Assembly (NCBI GenBank): GCA_029717555.1 | Contig: JAMDHS010000072.1 | Span: forward strand, 1-64,000 | Direction: 5' to 3' | From: Peribolospora baueri | Taxonomy: Eukaryota | DNA length: 64,000 nucleotides | Shown here: positions 53,062 to 64,000 of the stretch, one piece after another | Layout: each line of letters begins with the position of its first letter | How positions within the stretch are numbered: the stretch's first letter is position 1 | The notes under the pieces: model-generated | Seen by the model: the letters and a program-made list of their open reading frames with translations, nothing else | Told to the model about the DNA's origin: nothing | Databases searched by the model: none | Translations under genes and position numbers: made by a program

Positions 53062-56000
53062 ATGTCGTCGCTCTCCACGTACTTCGTCGTCGGTGAGTCG
53101 TCACGCGACCTGGTCGGATGCGCATGCGTGTAATGGAAAACGTGTCCGTCCAACGTAGACTGACTCGACGCTTTCCTCCATCTTACCGCTTGCGTACCGG
53201 AAGGGGATGAGGAGTACGTAGAGTTCAACGAGTCGATGGGTTCTCACGACTTCGTCAAGCACGTCTGGGACATGGCTAACACACCTTTAAAACCAGGCGG
53301 TGAGTCGCCACCCATTTCTTCTTTCCCAACCAAGTGGCTTGACACCACGGAGACGATGGACGGGCTATCATCCTCAAAATCTGACGCTATTCCGTTTTAT
53401 GCACTCTCTCCGTTCGTCCCTGTACCTCTTCCTTCAGAAACGGACAAACACCATCTCCACTTGACCAAAGCTCGCATTTCCCCGGGTCCCCCACCTCATC
53501 GTATCGAGTTTCCGACGGTGATCCGCATCAAAGGGAACAAGTACAAGCCTTCAGGCCGCTGGTTCTCCTGGGACGACTTGGCGCGCCTCAATCCCATGGC
53601 CGTTAAGCCTCCGCCGAGTTTGGACAAGTTCCGCGACAGTGGATACGGCAAAGGGGACGTAGACGGCGTCGGGTCGAAAGGAGGAAATGGGAGGAGGAAG
53701 TCTTCGACAGAGGTGGCAGACGAGGATGGATGGATCAGGTCCGTGGAGCCGAGCATGCACGCAGGCAAGGACGCTTTATCGTCTCTGACAAAGCCTCCAG
53801 AGAAGGCGGCGAGCAAAGACGCCGCTTCTGACAGGAACAACGTCAGCGGTAAGGCTAAAGAACAAGGCAAACTGAACGGAAGGGACGATTCGCCGCGTCA
53901 TCTGACGGTCAAGTCGACCCCGGTGCCCGCATCCGTCAGCCGACCAGCCTCCGTTGCTAACGGGTCAATCCCCTATCCGCCTTCCTCGCCCTCAAGATCC
54001 CTTCCACAATCGTACTCCGCTTACACTTCGCCCGCGTCGTCCCCGCAAAGGCACCACTCCGCGGCTCACCCGCTTGCGCCCCCTTCGCCGGCGGCCAACG
54101 TAACTCCTTCAATAGCTTCGGTACCCAATACGCCGGAGACAAAGAAGCACGGCAACGTCACCCCAGGAAGCAGCCCTGCGGGAAGTCAGATCGACGCGCT
54201 ACTCGAGCGACTACGATTGGCGAGAGGTGGACTGGCTTTGAACCGTGGAGAGAAGGATGCAATGGTCAAGGCGATGGAGCCAAAGGCGAAGACGGGTTTG
54301 TTGGAGCTCATGGAGGGAGAAGGCGCGGTAGACAAGGTGGAGAAGCTCTTAATGGACATGAAAGCTGAAGCGGACACGAAGGGCGAGACGAAGCCGGAGC
54401 AACTAAAATCACCCAAAAAGCGCTCTGCGCCCGCTCTCGCCATATCATCGCTCTCGAACGACTCTCCGTCAGATACTAAGATGTCGGCGGTTAAGAAGGG
54501 AGACGAATCGAATGATGTGGCAGGCGCCGACCCGACGACTCCAGTCGGACGCAAGAGGCGCAGCAAGCGGGGACAACGCAAGAGCTCTGTTGATGCAGTC
54601 TCCTCAAGCCCGAGTGGGCCGGCCCCGACCCCGCAGACGAGTAGCAAGGACGTTGATCACGTCGTCGCCAACGTCAACGCAGTATCTAAGCGGCCTGAGT
54701 GTGTTGGTATCGGTGTCGCTATGTCCAGAGAAATCAACGGGCCGTCGTCAGGTGCTGCGCCCAAATCAACACGTCCTGTCATCCACACCACCGCGCCCTC
54801 TGTCGACCTCTCGACCCCCTCAGGTTTGCAACCCGCGACATCGAACGGCATCTCTCTGTCGCCAAACACGCTCTCTCCGACTCTCCCCTCACCCCTTCAC
54901 GCGTCCAGTCCGGATGCGACGCAGGGGCAGAAGGTCTCTTCACCGGACGCACAAACTGGGAAAAGCAGCAACGGCCCGTCTGCTCAGTCTCGGCGGGCGT
55001 CGCTCAAAGCGGGTGGGAAGGCGGAGAAGTACATCGACTGGGCTGATGACGTGGAGGGTAATTTCGACGACGAGCTACCTGATCTTGGCGATTGGGGGCA
55101 GGCTGGTGCGAGCGGCGTTACTGCGGGCAGAAAGGGCAGCCTGGGGATGGCTAGGAGTAGGAGCGTCAGTCCTGTTGCTGACAACGCACCGAAGGGCCGA
55201 GCGGGAGAGCCGACCTTGGCGTCTCGGAATGGCTCGACACAGCAGCCGAACGAGTCGAACGGAAGCGCTAAGCACAAGCACTCTCCATCTTCGGAGAAGG
55301 AAGGATCTGATACGGGGTCGGGCAAGGTTAAAGAGAGCAAGAGTGCCAAGCGCAATCGCAAGGCCAGAGAGAAGAAGGAAAGGGAGGCGGCCGAGAAGGA
55401 GAAGAAGGCGAACGGTAATGGTGATGCGGGCGTGGACGCTGAGCTCAAGATCAAGGGTCAAGCTGTCAACTTGGAACAAGATAATTTGGCCAAGAAGGGA
55501 GGGCGCAAGCAGCACGAGGCTCGAACCGAAATGACCGAATCGTCTTCAACTCCATCCAACAAGACATCGACCCCGGCAACGTCATCGATCTCCAAGGCCG
55601 ACTCTTCCAATGGTACTGGCTCCGGCATTGACGCTGTCCGTGCTTCCACGACCTCATGTTTGAGCGAGAAAGTCACGTCCACACTCGATTCGCGTCATGC
55701 GCCCCGCAATCGAAACGTGCAGACCAGGTCAGCGGCCCCCAGCGCCGCTCCGGACGCGGTGTTGCGGGCCCAGTCCGGAGAAGGCAGCTCTACGCTAGAT
55801 TCTAGGCACGCGCCAAAGCCGAACAACGCGGCGGCACCCACCCCGACCGCTCAGGAGGACAAGATTTCGACTGCTGGCAAGTCAACATCAGCTGCAGCTG
55901 CATCTTCCAGCCCTCTCGCTAAAGCTCCAGTAGTGCCAGGGTCTCCTCCCTCCGCTGGACCAGGAGCTGGACGTGGGAAGCCATTCTCCTTGCGCGACCT

Positions 56001-56490
56001 GCCCTTCCACCCGGCCAACCTCGCTGCACGAGGTGCTGCGCCGTTCTCTGCTGGACGTGGCATCCATGCCGCTGGGAGAGGTGCGTCGCAATATCATACC
56101 GGCACATCCTGCCCCGCTCCCGGCGCTCCTGGCGTTGCGATACCTCCCACGGCTCCTCGAGCGATGAGAGAGTCCTCTGGAGGAGCTCGCCCCATGGCTC
56201 GGGGCGCGTCTTTTGGTGCCCATGCTCCTGGATGGCAGCAACGCGCGACCGGCCGGCACGACCTTCCGCCGCATCTTTCCTCCACATCAGCCGCAGCCTC
56301 CGTCGCGTCAACACCCCGGACGGTGCCAGACCACTCGTCTCCCTCGTCTTTGTCTTCCACGCCGGCGCCGCCCCGGGAACGGCTAAGGCCCCGGCTGGCG
56401 TACGACCCGGCCATCTCGAGGCTCGCCAAGGGTCTCGTGGCTTTACCTGGGCAGGGGAGGGAGGAGAGGAAGGGCGTGGCTTCCCAATGA
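53062..56490 (+). CDS. large uncharacterised low-complexity protein (~1,050-1,100 aa)
   Basis: A 1084-codon ORF with coding-like composition, preceded by a probable short exon (ATG 53062, GTGAGT donor). Probable in-frame intron at 53300-53437. Confidence 0.8.
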
Positions 56491-57277
56491 GACGGGGTTG
56501 CTAGAGTCCAGGTGCCCCTACGTCGTATTCATTCTGATCTTGGGGTTTGAGCCTTGAAGGGTGGGGAGATGGTTTGACTTGGGGGACCAGCTTCGCCAGT
56601 TGGGTTCCTCAAGAGACGGACGGTGTGATCGGATGGGCGGAGGTTAATGGTCGGATGGATGGACGGATGTGCGATTCTGTGCACAGATGTTTGCCTCAAA
56701 AGTCGGGTTTTCCTGCCAGTCTCTGAATCGGAAACGTGTATTATATGGTACTCCGGACGGTCACTCGCACCGCTCCATCTCGACCCGGACCTCCTTCATC
56801 TCTTCCCCTCGTCTTTCTTGCTTCTGCTTTTCCTTGTTGTGCATCGGTTCTTTCGCTGCTTATTGTAGGATATTCGTCGGGACTGCCTGACTTTGGATTA
56901 GACCTCTTGCTTTCGTTTACCACATCTCTCTCCCCTCTCTTCATAGCGTTTGCACACAGCCCTTCCATAGGAGCCCCTCCATAATCTATACTACCTGGTT
57001 GAAATCATGCTAGCTCTATTGGTGGCAAGATGGCGGTGAGAGCTACAAATACTCGAGAACGATTGACGACTCGCATTGAGTACTATCGTATACCTCCACG
57101 ACAAGTTAACCGAAAAGCACTGTTTCCAGCTCCTACGAGCGAACCGTCGGGAAGTGCCGCCCATGAACTCTCCAGCAGCCTCGTGCCCTATCCACGTCAA
57201 CATGGACGGTCGACCGCCACTCCTCCACCAGGATCTCGCAGAAGATCGGGATGGGATGCCCCCAGTCGGCCGACCGC

Positions 57278-57761
57278 TCAGGCGTTCGGCAGTAATCGCC
57301 TCAGCCTCCGTGTCATCTTGCCTGGAAGGGCATACGCTCCCAGGCTGAGTCGGTTGATGTGCGAGGCAGAGAAGGAGGTGTTCAGGTGAGACTTGTTTGG
57401 TCGAGCCTGGACGAACGGGAATTGAGCGTAGGACCGCGCAAGCGAAACGGCAAATGCGTCAGCCGCTGGGCAGAAATGAGATCCTCAAACTGAAAAGTTG
57501 TCAGCTGCAATCCCAGTTTCCTTGCCCGGTGCTCACCCTCTTCCACTTGCCATTGCCCACGGCCCACCATCGCTTCGCCGTCCCTGAATGGGTCTTGAGC
57601 TTGTACTTGGCCGCATCCACCGCGCTTGCCGAGAAGGGTCGCGAGGACTGCAGAGCGGAGGAAGTCGGCAGTGGCGCCAAGGAGACTGAAGTCACGCCGC
57701 CACGAAAAATCGCAGCGGCTGCTCGAAGCCCGAGTGGTCGGAGTAGCGTCGAGGAGGCCAT
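57278..57761 (-). CDS. mitochondrial ribosomal protein bL35m
   Basis: Two exons: presequence + KYKLKTHSGTAKRW..GKWKR / ARPNKSHLN..RRLRRLLPNA*. Confidence 0.9.
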
Positions 57762-58024
57762 CCTCGACTGTCTAACTGTCTGTCTGGCTGTCTGGCTCTG
57801 ATCAGAGTGCGATTCGACGACGTCTTCTCGCTCACTCAGACAAAAGCCGACTGCGGCGAAGCGTATGCGTGGCCGTGATCGGGGAAGGCTGGACGTCGAC
57901 GGCGTCCTACGACCAACACTTTTGACCCCCATCGCCTCCTCCCTTTGTCTCCTTGTTCCTTCCCTGGCTGGAGAGCAGTCGGATCTAATTTTCATAAGCT
58001 GCGAGCGAAGGTTACGCTTTGAAT

Positions 58025-61000
58025 ATGGCCGAACCCAAAGACGATGCCGACAAGGTGAGCGAACGAACTCATTCGACGAGCCCGAGACGTCGTCGTCGGC
58101 GCTTACCCGTCGCCGGCCGCCCTCCTTTCGAACAGATCCGTCTCAAGCGGCTCGCCAAGCTTCAAGCGGCGCAGGCAGCGACCCCCTCTACCTCAACTCC
58201 GCCGATACAGCCCGCCAGCAGCAATCCTAGTTCCTCCCCAGCACGCACGCCCGCACCCGCGACGCCTCAGAAGCCGGCCTCCCCAACGCCGAGCGCAAAG
58301 GGGAAAGAAGCTGCCACTCCTTCAAATGTACGTACACCCAGTGGCAAGCCTATCACTGCAGTGAGTGGGACGGGGAGTGCTCCGGTCCAGAGGAGCATAA
58401 ACGCTGCAGAGCTAGGCGGGACCCGCCAGCCTGAATGGCAGGGCAGCAAGCAGGAGCTCACGTCCTCGCGTCTATCTTTACCCCTGAAGTCATCGTCAGC
58501 GTTTCCGTCCATCTCTCGTTCCGCTTCACGCTCCTCCATTCAACCAGCACCACCGACGCTCGTGAACTATGATGAATGGGCGGAAGAAGCGACCAGCAAC
58601 ATCTTCGGCGTGACCTTCAGCGTGCGTACTTTACAGACAGCGTGGGGTAAGTCGAGCTCGATGCTAAACTTGTTTTGTATTGCTCCAAAATCTGTTGAAC
58701 AGAGAGACGTAGCAGAACGAAGCAACTGGACTATCACGTATCTCAAGGAAACGGCGAACGAGCTAGCAGAGGATAACGCGGGCAGTGAGTTTCCGTCCGA
58801 CTGGGTCAGTCGAAACACAAGCATGATCGCTGCGGCCCGGCTGCTCGTCCAACCTCTCTCCCCGGCCGACTCCCCAGCTACCCGGCATACTCGGCGCACT
58901 GTTTCTGATATTCCCATTTTTCGTATCTTTCGCTCGCAGGAATCCCCCGTCTCTCGCCCGACATTGCGGATCAGATCCTTATCGCCCGGCTGTCCTTCGA
59001 TCGCACGGCCATGTGTGATGATCCGGAGATCCTGACCGTCATCGCGGGCCTCCCCGAGGACGAGACGTCGTTTGAGTACCTCTGCGCAGCTTGGAAACGT
59101 GCTCGGCAGGTTGGAGATCCGAGGAAGCTTGCCTCGAGACTCAAGGAAGAGGATCGAGACCGAGCGAAAGAGGCGGTGGATAGAATGAAGGATTTGATTA
59201 TCAGCTATGCTGGCCTCGTCCTTCAGGATGAGACCATGTTTCCGCAGCCGGAAAGAAGCGGGTGAGTCGAATCCGTATCTGATCCTCGTCTTTGCGCATA
59301 AATGCCTTGCGTTGACTGACACATGCATCTGTCCACTAGAAAACCTCTGGGGTATCTCGAGTTTCTTCCTGCCCTGCTCGCCCTTCACAGCACTCCCACC
59401 ACCTCCCTCACCTCGTCGTACACCTCGCCGTCCTCGCTCGCATCATCCTCTTCGCCCCTCTCGCCACCAGATGTGCCTCCTTTCCTTGCTGATCTCGCTC
59501 GGCGTTTCGAGGGCGACGGGATGGAAGACGTTTTGGGCCCAGTCATTTCCGAAATGTCGCGTCGCGTGCGCGATGGTGACCCCTCCTCGGCACCCGTAGG
59601 TGCGCAGCCCAAAGGGATGGACATTGTCGGATGGGAGTGGAGGGGATATGTCGGGGCGCTGGCGGATATGATGGAGATTAAGGCGATTGCAAATATGGTG
59701 AGCGGCTCACTGTCTTTCTTCGAGTACGCTGCACGCGCGTCTATGCCGATGTTGGTACGATCAAGCATCACCAACTCTTGCCTGCAACAGTTACCCAACC
59801 TGGAGAACTGGTCCCCACCGACGGCCACACCTGCCAACTTCGAGCTCGTCAGCTTTCTCGGCCCTATCATCCGATTGAGCGCTTTTCCAGACGCCTTTGT
59901 GAGTTCTGGACATCCGCATGGTTGACATGGGTGCAGTTGTCCTGACAGACGAATCTCCGACATGACACAATTGCAGCCAAGCATCATCGAGACGTATTTC
60001 TCCAATCCCAAGTCGAGATCGAGAGAGGATACCGACTCGAGCATGAATAGCATTCGTGCGACGCTTCAGGGTGTTCAGGTGCGTCAAGTCAAACAGCGGA
60101 CCTGATCAGAACGAATGTTCGATGTGTATTTGCATAGCACTCAACACGCATGATACCACTTAATCTCACGACGAAAACAGGTCTATCTGTTCAAATTGTT
60201 CAACTCGCTTGTGCGCACCTCTCCAGCGACGCGCGAGGCCGTTCTCGCCTACTGGGCGCGCGCCATCAGCCTCAATGTCAAACGAGGTGCCATGCACGTC
60301 GATTCTGCGACGGTCGCTACCGATGGCTTCATGCTGAACCTTCTTGAGATGCTCCTGCGCTTTGCTGAGCCTTTCATGGACGCTGCTTATAGTAAGGTGA
60401 GCGGCGAGCGACGGTGAAGTGGCCTCCGTGCAGGAGTCCGCCCTTTACGGCCGATGCCTATTGACCGTGACCGACCTGTCTTGCAGATCGACAGAGTGGA
60501 CCCGGAGTATTACCGCAAGTCCTCGCGCATTCCGGTAAACGATGAGACACGCGTGAACGCGACGCTCGAAGAAGCTCGCGAGTGGGCCTCATCGGCTATG
60601 GCGATCGACAGTGCTTCCACTTCGTCAACCGCTGGGACGGCGCCCAACTTCATCTCCGAGGTCTTCTTCCACTGTACCGCTTTTGTGCACTACGGCTTTG
60701 TCAAGGCGATCAAGACATACGAAGATACAGAGAAGAACGTGCAGGAGTGGGAGAAGCAGGTGGAGAAGTATGAAGGGGAGAGGAGCACGTGGCAAGCGGT
60801 GAGCGTCTGGGATCACTTTACCACGTCTTCAGCATTACAATACGAAGGATGAGGCTAATTCATTCTTTCCGGCTTTGGCTCTCTGGCGATACCACATATT
60901 TTCCCCGACCAGACGCCTCTGGCTGGTCAGTACGAGCGCGTCATTGGTCAACTCAAGGTGAGCTCACTCCTGGCCAACCGTCTCTGGCCCGATCTGCAGC

Positions 61001-62898
61001 CCATGCCGACGTCTTTCTGATTACCACGTCACAGGCCGCAATCGAAAAAGGACAATCGTCTCTGCTCGCAGAGCAAGTGCAGCTTATGGATCCGGCATTC
61101 GCACAGCGTCTTACCGGCTTCCTCTCTTTCGTCATGAACTGGCTCGTGCGCATCGTCGATCCCACGCACAAGCACCCCACCGAGACCGTTAACTTGCCCC
61201 TGCCCGAGGAGATTCCGACCGTTTTCAGGATGCTGCCGGAGTACCTTGTTGACGACGTCACCGAGTGCTTTATCTTCATTGCGAGGTAAGTCGTTTTCCT
61301 TGCATCCTTGTCTGAGCGCTCGCCGGCCTGGCTGACATTTCACCGCGCCAATTATTTCTTGCGTGCACAAAGATACTCCCCGCACCTGCTTGGCGAGCCA
61401 GCAAAGACGGACCTGCTCATCTTCTGCATCACCTTCCTTCATTCCTCCTCCTACCTCAAGAACCCGTACCTTAAGGCGAAGCTGGTGGAAATCTTGTTCC
61501 TCAACACCCTCCGTTTTGGCTACCAGCCGACAGGCGCGCTCAGCGAGTTGCTCAACTATCACGTCGCCTCGATCAAGTACTTGATGCCTGCACTCATGTC
61601 GTTCTGGATCGGTAAGCAGCGCTCCGCCACCCTGCTTATTACCTCGCCATTCATAGATGCTCATTCTGTCCGTCCTGTACGCAGAGGTCGAGACGACGGG
61701 TGCAAGCTCGCAGTTCTACGACAAGTTCAACATCCGGTACCACATCGCGCAGCTCTTCAAGCTCGTCTGGTCTAACCCCAGTCATAGAGAGCGGCTCACT
61801 GAGGAGGCCAAGTAAGTGTTCATCAGCGGCACCTTACGCATTGCTTGATAGTAGACGTGGGATATGACTGATTGGACATATTCGGTTTTCTTGTGTGCAG
61901 GAAACTAGACAACTTCGTGCGTTTTATCAACTTGATGATGAACGATGCCACCTATCTCCTGGACGAATCTCTGTCGAAGCTGGTCGAGATCCATAAGATC
62001 CAGTTAGAAAAGGAGGACGTTGCTGCATGGAATACCCGGCCGTCTCGGGAACGACAGGAACGCGAGGGGCATCTGCGTCAGCTGGAGCGGCATACGACCT
62101 CCCTGGTGCAGCTGGGCAACGAGACGGTGTTACTGCTCTCGCTCTTCACGGAGCAGACCAAGGAGCCGTTCATGACACCCGAGATCGTTGACCGTCTAGC
62201 TGCTATGCTGGACTACAACCTCGATGCGCTCGTTGGACCGCGGTGCACGGAGTTGAAGGTGAAGGACCCCGAGAAGTACCGCTTCCGACCTCGCGAGCTT
62301 CTGGGCCACATCTTGCAGGTCTTCCTCAACTTGAGCATGCGATCGGAGTTTGTCGTTGCAGTCGCCAAGGACGGCAGGAGCTACCGGAGGGAGCTGTTCG
62401 TCAAAGCTGCCGGTATAGCGTCGAAACATGGACTGAAAAGCCCAGCAGAGATAGAGGAGCTCAAGGTCCTCGTGGACAAGGTTGAGGCAGCGAAGGTGAT
62501 GGCGGAGGAAGAGGACGAGATGGACTTGCCGGACGAGTTCCTCGACCCGCTCATGGCCACCTTGATGCGGGACCCTGTCATCCTCCCATCTTCGCGCACG
62601 ACCATCGACCGTTCGACCATCAAGAGCCATCTGCTTAGCGATGCCACCGATCCTTTCAACCGCTCCCCACTCAAAATCGAGGACGTAATTCCAGGTGGGT
62701 TGTGATGGAACGCTCGCCTTGCGCTGGACTGAGGCGAAGCTGACCCCGTCCATTCCTTCCTTGCGGTCGATTCTCTGTCACTTTTATCCACCGACACGTG
62801 TCTTGATCGGTCTTGGTACAGATACTGAGCTCAAGGCGAAGATCGACGCGCACCTATCCGAAAAGAGGAAGGAAAGGCAGGCGGCGGCGGGACTTTGA
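58025..62898 (+). CDS. UFD2: U-box E4 ubiquitin chain-elongation factor Ufd2
   Basis: [75 protein letters not shown] and the U-box [30 protein letters not shown]. Confidence 0.97.
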
Positions 62899-64000
62899 TC
62901 GTGCTTGCACGCTCGGTTTTGCAAGGGAATGAACGTGTTTGCGCAGCCCTCGTCTTCTTCCCTGACACGTGGCGCTTGTGCGCGCCTATGCGTCTGTCGA
63001 TGAGACCAGCGAAAGGAAAGGAATGAAACACGTCTTGCTAGACCACTTTTCGATTCCACTCCAATTTATGGTGGAGAGAAACACGCAAAACGCTAGTATC
63101 CCCTCAGACTCCTATGGAGACGAAGGAATCCCTGGTCCAAGAACCATGGGCAGACCGACAAAAGAGTGACGGGGCGGAAAAAAGAATTGAGAGGACCCAA
63201 GAACGTATCCATATACGCGATGACGACGACGACAAAAACGGACGGTCGCGGCCAGCGCGGGAGAGAGAGCCTTACAGCGCGTACCTGAACTGACGCTGGT
63301 TCTGCTTGTCGGTCCTGTCCTTGAACTAGCAGCTGATATGACGACGGCAACGACCCCGACAACAAAGGCGGGCAATGAGAAGAGTCAGATAGATGGGCCG
63401 AGTTCCGTCATTGAGATGATTGAGAAGAGGGTGAAGGACTGCAAGGCTGAATTTGATTGTATAAAGAATATGGAGTGAGTTTCTCTTGCCGGGAGTGCCA
63501 CTTGGGAAGGCCAACTTGCGTGAGAGATGCTCACAGACGTGCTCTTTACACATTTCGACGGGTCGCCCTGCCCTCGCAACAAACATGGTCGTCTCATCTT
63601 CCTTCACTTTTAGCTGGACTAAGGATTACTGGGGCGGTCAACGATGGGCAGAGGACCATCCCCAGGCGATCCTCGAGAAACACCGTTGCGAACTCGTTTA
63701 GACCTGCGTGTACGATGTACCAGTATGTAAGGGTGGCCTGCTGCCATTCCCTCGCCTTGCGGGCGTAAGAAAGCATGCACGCTATACTACCCGCGGCGCC
63801 TACAAGCCATTTGGTAGGCTTAGTCCCGTCCTCAAAGCCTTGCACGCCAGCTCGCCTGCTTTGCGAAGTTAGGACGATAGCCTTGAGGGTCGATCAATGT
63901 CACTTACAACTCGGATGACCTTGGACCGCGGTAATACAGCAGGAGCAACTCTTCGCTACATCTACACACCGCCAGATCCAGCCGAGCCGAGAATACAAAG

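Noticed and set aside
63100..64000. possible minus-strand exons at the window end
   Set aside because: Splice-like signals are present, but no coherent frame or recognisable product could be built.
1..64000. CRISPR array, biosynthetic cluster or prokaryotic-type defence system
   Set aside because: Eukaryotic spliced housekeeping genes. The repeats are simple microsatellites without spacers, and there is no PKS/NRPS/terpene backbone gene.

Overview
Intron-rich, GC-rich fungal DNA, most consistent with a basidiomycete yeast (inferred from gene structure and protein style). I can support about 16 spliced protein-coding genes: a Zn2Cys6 transcription factor, SCAMP, an RPAP3-like TPR protein, a ferric reductase, a CCDC6-like coiled-coil protein, a paraoxonase-like protein, a LETM1-like protein, a Psr1-type phosphatase, a TMEM205-like protein, a TDG/MUG glycosylase, PRP3, MRPL16, URA4, a large unknown low-complexity protein, bL35m and UFD2. 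Two relics are not evident from the ORF track. The first is a frameshifted, intron-containing FAD-oxidoreductase pseudogene (~12.1-13.2 kb). The second is a scrambled Helitron fragment (~26.9-27.7 kb) whose consecutive coding pieces lie on opposite strands and include a 46-bp fold-back inverted repeat. Microsatellites are common. I recognised no tRNA, rRNA or CRISPR array. I found no clearly novel multi-gene system; the best leads are the Helitron fold-back, the pseudogene, some splicing peculiarities and the unknown ~1,050-aa protein. All gene models were spliced by eye and all family calls come from remembered motifs, not database searches.
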